Shown one piece after another: positions 62,701 to 63,312 of a DNA stretch of 63,312 nt. The notes beneath the pieces were generated by a model that made no database searches, was not told the DNA's origin, and worked only from the letters and a program-made list of their open reading frames with translations. Within the stretch, counting starts at the first letter, position 1. The number at the start of each line of letters is the position of its first letter. A program made the position numbers and the translations under genes. Source of the DNA: Oscillospiraceae bacterium (lineage in GTDB: Bacteria > Bacillota > Clostridia > Oscillospirales > Ruminococcaceae); assembly GCA_017435745.1 (NCBI GenBank), contig JAFSEN010000102.1, positions 1 to 63,312 on the forward strand, in the 5' to 3' direction.

Positions 62701-63312
62701 AAAAGCAATGACAAAAATACTTTTTGAAGCATACCGCACAAGATCGAAAGACGAACTGCGCGCACTTGAAATTATGAATATGGCAAGCGGTTTCGGCGCA
62801 ACAAATTTTTATATCAATGCAAAAGAAGATGTTCCCCGTGAGGAAGCGGATACAGCCCTTCTTATCTTCAGCCGCGCAAACTATATGGATATTGAATTTT
62901 ACCATGAAAGCAGCCAGAAACTACTCAACGACGCAATCAACAACATTTTGCTGACCTGTCTTCTCGGATTGACTGCTGTACTAATCGCGCTGATGATTTT
63001 TGCAAATACGATCACATCGGATATCGAGCAGGAAAGAAACAAAATAGGAATTCTGCAGTCCCTTGGCGTAAGCAACAAACAATTTATAAAACGCCAGCTG
63101 TATATCGGGCTTGCCGTTTCCGGCGCGGCTGTTTTGATTGCAAACGTTCTTCTTTGGGGATTCATTGTTGTTTATTCTCTTCTTTCCGATGCGGTGCTCG
63201 GAAATCTTCTTTGGGGATACCCGGTTATTCTCCATATTGCCGCATGCCTTCTTCTTGCGGCAATAATAACCGTTCTTTATATCATCCCGATGAAGAATAT
63301 CCAGAAATATCT
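59729..63312 (+). CDS. Very large FtsX/MacB-type ABC transporter permease (two FtsX modules), 3' end outside the window
   Basis: ATG at 59729 after AAAGAGG. The frame is open for 1194 codons to the window end (my own translation). N-terminus MLKIAFRGLLGKKKDTLLLWSVVALAFVFLV. 4-TM FtsX blocks lie around 61450-61830 and 62930-63300. Absent from the ORF track. Confidence 0.85.
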   Translation, partial: MLKIAFRGLLGKKKDTLLLWSVVALAFVFLVLSTTLIVSLNETDSRQRISSYGSWQIMAANIPDSEAENFKSLGEKSAVLPMIKVKGADYFAGDNEYYFSVISDDLAKLGSFELKEGRWPENGDEIVLEYARLTALGLEIGDTFTVASTIYLPFDEEIIAEQKAKRDEYIELAKNARIERNLEIFRTGTWELYTGIEYTRWDAPLDLRFFAEYVLGEGKDYIWAFRDDENPEGRYIPLEEMTEEEFLKVITYYFDAFGNYGLDIIPFMTEEEKKTWSSYINDLMGYKDMNIRVSQEKSLYSDYDPYIEMANTTDLTVIIPKKYTVCGVMETYSDRWDSGKLDLPCGFVLPESYNDFVNAQKTVIEKYPDFGFVEYGNMALLASEDKEALYENVNNYLDETGPLFHVNNSVVFYWNEQNGETFDSRFLLGFCLLDEFEDKLIPLDSVFVPANIENPEEYAKETLSRQHAEQFYIPTESFSFENSGKRISVPYYGSGLYEDYMMVTLPELSGGTVVVEYEGESYKIPFEDFIENNFSVAGMKVTSSNHIFASGEKEQYDYDELRSNRFAYPSSSEGSGKVLVLVTLILFVTTVCSVFQIFFTQVRKRMRRIILMKSIGAENGQIAKMYFWEFFIFWLSALPIGIIFGLGGALVSTSVLEKFQNREIVFSVDPAVFALSLAAGTLALILGMLIPVIMAVGVPLTGRTAHKKPLAPPKREIRQSFINVTIRGLSANRSKTLGNAALCVFMALIMTLCIFIGFRFMTPYREAVQRDGKPEYLLKSSFAMSNRQLEEYMAQIDELGICDSVSVFRHCGEAIIPLNTAPESILLQTAFPENALSLFVNSGVMGYPVSLYSLNSENELFAKLQSAVTEGKLDAEKFDSGEEVLLLVPLYEETKPQEGSEGLYGWENLPELGIKTSYYPEYRNIYKKDPAIRVGDKLSVGAETRSPKETYYSYEYMQHDYKIGAVIYYFPEEGIWPLGINGEGYQMVCSEKAMTKILFEAYRTRSKDELRALEIMNMASGFGATNFYINAKEDVPREEADTALLIFSRANYMDIEFYHESSQKLLNDAINNILLTCLLGLTAVLIALMIFANTITSDIEQERNKIGILQSLGVSNKQFIKRQLYIGLAVSGAAVLIANVLLWGFIVVYSLLSDAVLGNLLWGYPVILHIAACLLLAAIITVLYIIPMKNIQKY

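Overview
The window looks like a chromosomal segment from a Firmicutes/Clostridia-type genome. This is inferred from gene content: Rex, DegV/DUF1836, ECF S-components behind FMN and preQ1 riboswitches, a class B sortase, a CD1247-like protein next to efp, and DUF1667-type glycerol-3-P dehydrogenase genes. I call about 60 protein genes, 3 tRNAs (Leu-UAA, Ser-GCU, Ser-UGA), 2 riboswitches, many intrinsic terminators, several operators and a few decayed mobile remnants. Most genes are housekeeping or ordinary accessory functions: mgtE, efp, prfC, tadA, rpe, malQ, cls, nagB, azlCD, two P-type ATPases, a two-component system and several GNATs. Two genes run off the window edges and are missing from the supplied ORF track: a YgjV-like gene at 1..210 (-) and a giant FtsX-type permease of more than 1190 codons at 59729..63312 (+). 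The items most worth a second look are: (1) a stripped-down Rnf/Nqr-like C-D-E-A module at 40317..43712 that lacks RnfG/RnfB and has lost most canonical cofactor ligands, translationally coupled to a DUF4015-like membrane protein; (2) a compositionally foreign ~1.3 kb islet at the 3' end of tRNA-Ser(GCU), bounded by direct repeats and carrying a duplicated tRNA 3' fragment, a four-helix-bundle (Avd/23S-IVS family) gene, an orphan immunity-like gene and a 20-bp-phased array of CATCAC/GTGAT motifs with mini-hairpins; (3) a protein with an N-terminal HEPN-like Rx4H motif fused to a CBS pair; (4) a radical-SAM/TIGR03915 DNA-repair-like pair coupled to a GNAT; (5) a BlaI/BlaR1-like pair without a PBP sensor domain, followed by the giant permease; (6) an IS200 remnant fused to a truncated DMT transporter inside a CsoR/ArsR metal-resistance cluster with clear operators. 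No CRISPR array, rRNA, intact transposase, integrase or prophage structural genes were seen. All family assignments come from reading motifs by eye and were not checked against any database.
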